A DNA stretch of 8,059 nt, taken from IMG/VR virus record IMGVR_UViG_2778261541_000003, one strand, 5' to 3'. A model generated the notes under the pieces. It did not search any database, was not told the DNA's origin, and worked only from the letters and a program-made list of their open reading frames with translations. Each line of letters starts with the position of its first letter. The first letter of the stretch is position 1. A program made the position numbers and the translations under genes. Positions 5,697 to 8,059 of this stretch are shown here, piece after piece. Origin of the DNA: a virus (taxonomy: Duplodnaviria > Heunggongvirae > Uroviricota > Caudoviricetes).

Positions 5697-5720
5697 GCCG
5701 CTCTTGCGGCCTTTAAATTT
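5696..5720 (+). terminator. Intrinsic terminator after the Cys-rich membrane protein gene
   Basis: GGCCGC-TCTT-GCGGCC (5696-5711) followed by TTTAAATTT; stem overlaps the stop codon TAG 5694-5696. Confidence 0.6.
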
Positions 5721-5976
5721 ACCGGGTTTGTTTTCGTAATTGTTCGGCACAATAGTCGAGATGTGTTTGCAGATCCCGCATAGACATCTGTGAGCTGGTG
5801 ACGTAGTTAATCAGTGCAGTCAGTTCGGCAAGTGGGCCATCGACATTAAATCCATCCTTATCGAGATCCCGGAGTAATTTCATCAAGTGCGATCCCTCCA
5901 CCAGTGACCTGACGCCTCCCGGCGTGTGAATCCTTTCGGTAAATCCGTCTTCCAGTGGATAGTGATACTGCTGCAT
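5719..5976 (-). CDS. Small stand-alone antirepressor C-terminal-domain protein (85 aa), candidate SOS-inducible mini-antirepressor
   Basis: ORF track 5719..5994 starts at TTG; in-frame ATG at 5976..5974 with GGAGA SD 7 nt upstream. PLEDGFTERIHTPGGVRSLVEGSHLMKLLRDLDKDGFNVDGPLAELTALINYVTSSQMSMRDLQTHLDY aligns over its length with the shared C-terminal domain of the two larger antirepressors ([69 protein letters not shown]). LexA box 20 bp upstream. Confidence 0.8.
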   Translation of the reverse strand: MQQYHYPLEDGFTERIHTPGGVRSLVEGSHLMKLLRDLDKDGFNVDGPLAELTALINYVTSSQMSMRDLQTHLDYCAEQLRKQTR

Positions 5977-5995
5977 CTTATCTTCTCCATGCAAT

Positions 5996-6015
5996 AACTG
6001 TATAAATATACAGTA
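5996..6015. promoter_or_regulatory. LexA (SOS) box
   Basis: AACTGTATAAATATACAGTA at 5996-6015 is CTGT-N8-ACAG with an AT-rich spacer, 18/20 match to the E. coli consensus TACTGTATATATATACAGTA. A TTGATA -35-like hexamer abuts it on the minus-strand upstream side. It lies 20 nt upstream of the 5976 start codon. Confidence 0.8.
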
Positions 6016-6051
6016 TCAAATAATTTGTTTGCTATCCAGCACGTTTTGCGA

Positions 6052-6118
6052 ATCACCTGAAAGGTAATATCTGTTCGTATTTATGGGTTATCTATCCATA
6101 TATGGTTTTTAAGGTAAT
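6052..6118 (+). promoter_or_regulatory. Repeated motifs upstream of the tail-fibre gene (ATCACCTGAAAG plus two AAGGTAAT half-sites)
   Basis: ATCACCTGAAAG-GTAATAT at 6052-6069 (TCACC-tgaaa-GGTAA, imperfect palindrome) and TTTTTAAGGTAATAG at 6106-6120. Same motif family as 3831-3845, 4840-4854 and 4932-4948. Confidence 0.4.
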
Positions 6119-6171
6119 AGAATAACCGGATATGCGGCGCAACGGGTGCTGCTACTATCTGGAGATTTAAC

Positions 6172-7941
6172 ATGACGGTCTCAACCGAAGTTGACCACAA
6201 CGAATACACAGGTAACGGTGTTACAACGGCATTCCCTTATACCTTCAGGATTTTCCAGAAATCTGATTTAGTAGTGCAGGTTGTTGACCTGAACGAGAAC
6301 ATCACAGAGCTGATTCTTGATACTGATTACATAGTCACTGGTGCGGGAGGGTATAACGGCGGCAATGTAATTCTGTCGAAGGCGTTGGCTAACGGTTATC
6401 AGATTTCTATATCAAGAGAGCTACCGGTTACGCAGGATACCGATCTGCGCAACCAGGGTAAGTTCTTCGCTGAGGTGCATGAAGACGCATTCGATAAACT
6501 GACGATGCTGATCCAGCAGGTTCGCAGTTGGTTTGCCTTGGCGCTGCGCAAGCCATCAACCATCGCTAACTGGTACGACGCGCTGGGGAATTACATTCGC
6601 AACCTGCGCGACCCACGAGACCCGCAGGATGCTGCCACTAAAAATTATGTAGACACGATTAGTAACAACAACTATCTGCACACGTTAAGGGTTCCAGAGT
6701 CATTTACGCGGCAACTCCCTCCTGCTGCAGAACGTGCAAATATGATCCATGCATATGATTATGCAGGTGAGTCCATTATGGTCTTGCCTGAGAGCGGTAG
6801 TGCAGCAGATGTTCTGTTATTGCTGGCGCAACCTGACGGGCTTAAGAGGATTGGCACAAAAGTTAATTACGGTATACCGGTTGGATCTACTTTAACCGAT
6901 GGCGTCACTTTTTCTTTTGATAAGGATAAAGGTTGGCTGAGAATTGGTGGTGCCGATCTCCTACCACTTGACGATGAAAAGAACTTCTGGAGAGGCTTGC
7001 CTACACCGAGAAATTCATGGTGTAACCCGGCTCTTATCGGTGATTACTCAGTATCTTTTAACAGAAACGGTGCGTCATTCGCGGTATACGCCACAACTTT
7101 CGGGCATGACTGCGTTACGTACGGCGCGGCATCTATTGCCGGTGGTGCTGGTTCTGCCACTGGGGACCCAGATCATATTACCTCACCAAATGCTGAGGGG
7201 TACTGCTCTTTTGCATTTGGGAAAAATGTCATTGCTCTTGGAGCAAAATCTGCCGCATTCTGTGAAGAAACGGAAGCGCTTTCAAGGGCGGCTTTTGCAA
7301 CAGGTTATTATACACAAGCCAGACCGGGATACACTACAGACCCCGGCGGGGTTGCAAGTGATGGCATTGGTGCGGCGGCCATTGGATATCGAACTCGCGC
7401 GGCAGGAGATGGCTCTTTTGCTGTAGGTAAGAATATTCAGGCTTATGGTGGTTCGATTGCGATCGGGTGCGGCACTGATGAAGATAACCCAGCAGTCAAT
7501 CCACATAAAGACTCAGTGATGCTGTTTGCAAAATCGCTTATTCCAGGTATATCCGTTGTACCTGGTGGCGGTGGGCCGGAGGAACCATCGCGTGTAGGGG
7601 GGCACACAAAATACCCTAAAGAAATAGTGGATGTAGTACTGGAGGGAGGGGGCCGCGCAGCCATCAGAATACCAGGGATAGGAACTGGTACGATCTTGCT
7701 GCAAGGGACAGATAACGACGGCAATGCACTTTCTATCGCGTCGCTTGAATGGACAAGCGGAAACGGAGGTAGTGCTGTTGGTTCGTTGAAAATAAACATG
7801 AACAACGACGCACCATGCATTGAATTTCTGGAAGATGGCAAGGTGGTTTTGAAGAACGTAAAAACGTTTGAGGAGATAAACGGCGCCCCCGCGGGCACCA
7901 TTTATAAGGATGCTTCAAACTTCCTTAAAATTGTTGTTTAA
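6172..7941 (+). CDS. Tail fibre / tail spike protein: T7 gp17-like N-terminal adaptor domain with Gly/Ala-rich repeat-containing C-terminal region
   Basis: 589-aa ORF; GGAGA 7 nt upstream of ATG. N-terminus (EYTGNGVTTAFPYTFRIFQKSDLVVQVVD...YIRNLRDPRDPQDAATKNYVD) resembles the conserved N-terminal domain of T7 gp17-type tail fibres. C-terminal half has repeats such as CSFAFGKNVIALGAKSAAF and GSFAVGKNIQAYGGSIAIG that resemble YadA-head/Hep_Hag-type beta-roll repeats. Confidence 0.88.
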   Translation: MTVSTEVDHNEYTGNGVTTAFPYTFRIFQKSDLVVQVVDLNENITELILDTDYIVTGAGGYNGGNVILSKALANGYQISISRELPVTQDTDLRNQGKFFAEVHEDAFDKLTMLIQQVRSWFALALRKPSTIANWYDALGNYIRNLRDPRDPQDAATKNYVDTISNNNYLHTLRVPESFTRQLPPAAERANMIHAYDYAGESIMVLPESGSAADVLLLLAQPDGLKRIGTKVNYGIPVGSTLTDGVTFSFDKDKGWLRIGGADLLPLDDEKNFWRGLPTPRNSWCNPALIGDYSVSFNRNGASFAVYATTFGHDCVTYGAASIAGGAGSATGDPDHITSPNAEGYCSFAFGKNVIALGAKSAAFCEETEALSRAAFATGYYTQARPGYTTDPGGVASDGIGAAAIGYRTRAAGDGSFAVGKNIQAYGGSIAIGCGTDEDNPAVNPHKDSVMLFAKSLIPGISVVPGGGGPEEPSRVGGHTKYPKEIVDVVLEGGGRAAIRIPGIGTGTILLQGTDNDGNALSIASLEWTSGNGGSAVGSLKINMNNDAPCIEFLEDGKVVLKNVKTFEEINGAPAGTIYKDASNFLKIVV

Positions 7942-8059
7942 GATAAGTCATCACCAAGGAAGGCGGTGAGTAGCGCCTCCGCTATTACTCTGTGACCAAA
8001 ATCAGGTGATGCTGCCAACTTACTGATTTAGTGTATGATGGTGTTTTTGAGGTGCTCCA

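Noticed and set aside
2425-6090. Additional LexA boxes
   Set aside because: Other CTGT occurrences (e.g. 2425, 3694, 4711, 6071) lack the ACAG partner at the N8 spacing. Only 5996-6015 fits.
6944-7918. Five ORFs overlapping the tail-fibre gene (6944..7426 +, 7282..7506 -, 7443..7901 -, 7513..7704 -, 7733..7918 -)
   Set aside because: All lie inside or antisense to the 589-aa tail-fibre CDS. Their Pro/Ser/Arg-rich translations are what a GC-richer Gly/Ala-coding region gives in off-frames.
6172-7941. Gin/Cin/Pin-type invertible tail-fibre segment
   Set aside because: No site-specific invertase gene in the window, and the inverted repeats found do not flank the tail-fibre C-terminus. The 260-bp repeats are far longer than gix/cix-type sites.
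7951-7980. Terminator downstream of the tail-fibre gene
   Set aside because: Two overlapping imperfect hairpins (TCACC...GGTGA and GGAAGGCG...CGCCTCC) are present, but there is no U-tract and the stems are bulged. Too weak to call; the window ends shortly after.
1-8059. CRISPR arrays, insertion sequences or transposase genes, integrase or att sites
   Set aside because: No regularly spaced short direct repeats, no transposase-like or recombinase-like ORF, and no terminal inverted repeats of IS type were seen. The only long repeat is the 260-bp inverted pair inside the antirepressor genes.

Overview
This window reads as the immunity-I (immI)-like and tail-fibre end of a temperate enterobacterial phage or prophage, similar in layout to phage P22 (mnt / arc-ant next to the tail gene). 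All calls rest on reading the sequence and on remembered protein families; no database search was run. Left to right: an AT-rich signal-anchored hypothetical gene (-); a Mnt-like ribbon-helix-helix (RHH) repressor (-) divergent from an Arc-like RHH gene and an antirepressor (ant, +), with promoter and palindromic operator candidates between them and a sar-like antisense RNA unit over the ant ribosome-binding site; a ~1.46 kb lower-GC cassette bracketed by ~260-bp inverted repeats that encode the near-identical C-termini of two antirepressors; a second antirepressor (-) with a hairpin-rich leader; a membrane-anchored Cys-rich protein (+); a small stand-alone antirepressor-C-domain protein (-) directly behind a near-consensus LexA box; and a 589-aa tail fibre (+). 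The most interesting candidates for something undescribed are (1) the cassette's operator-controlled two-gene operon (55-aa + 147-aa proteins) with a convergent 210-aa gene, (2) a recurring TTACC-N5-GGTAA palindrome family that suggests an unidentified regulator, and (3) the LexA-controlled mini-antirepressor. No rRNA, tRNA, CRISPR array or transposase was seen.
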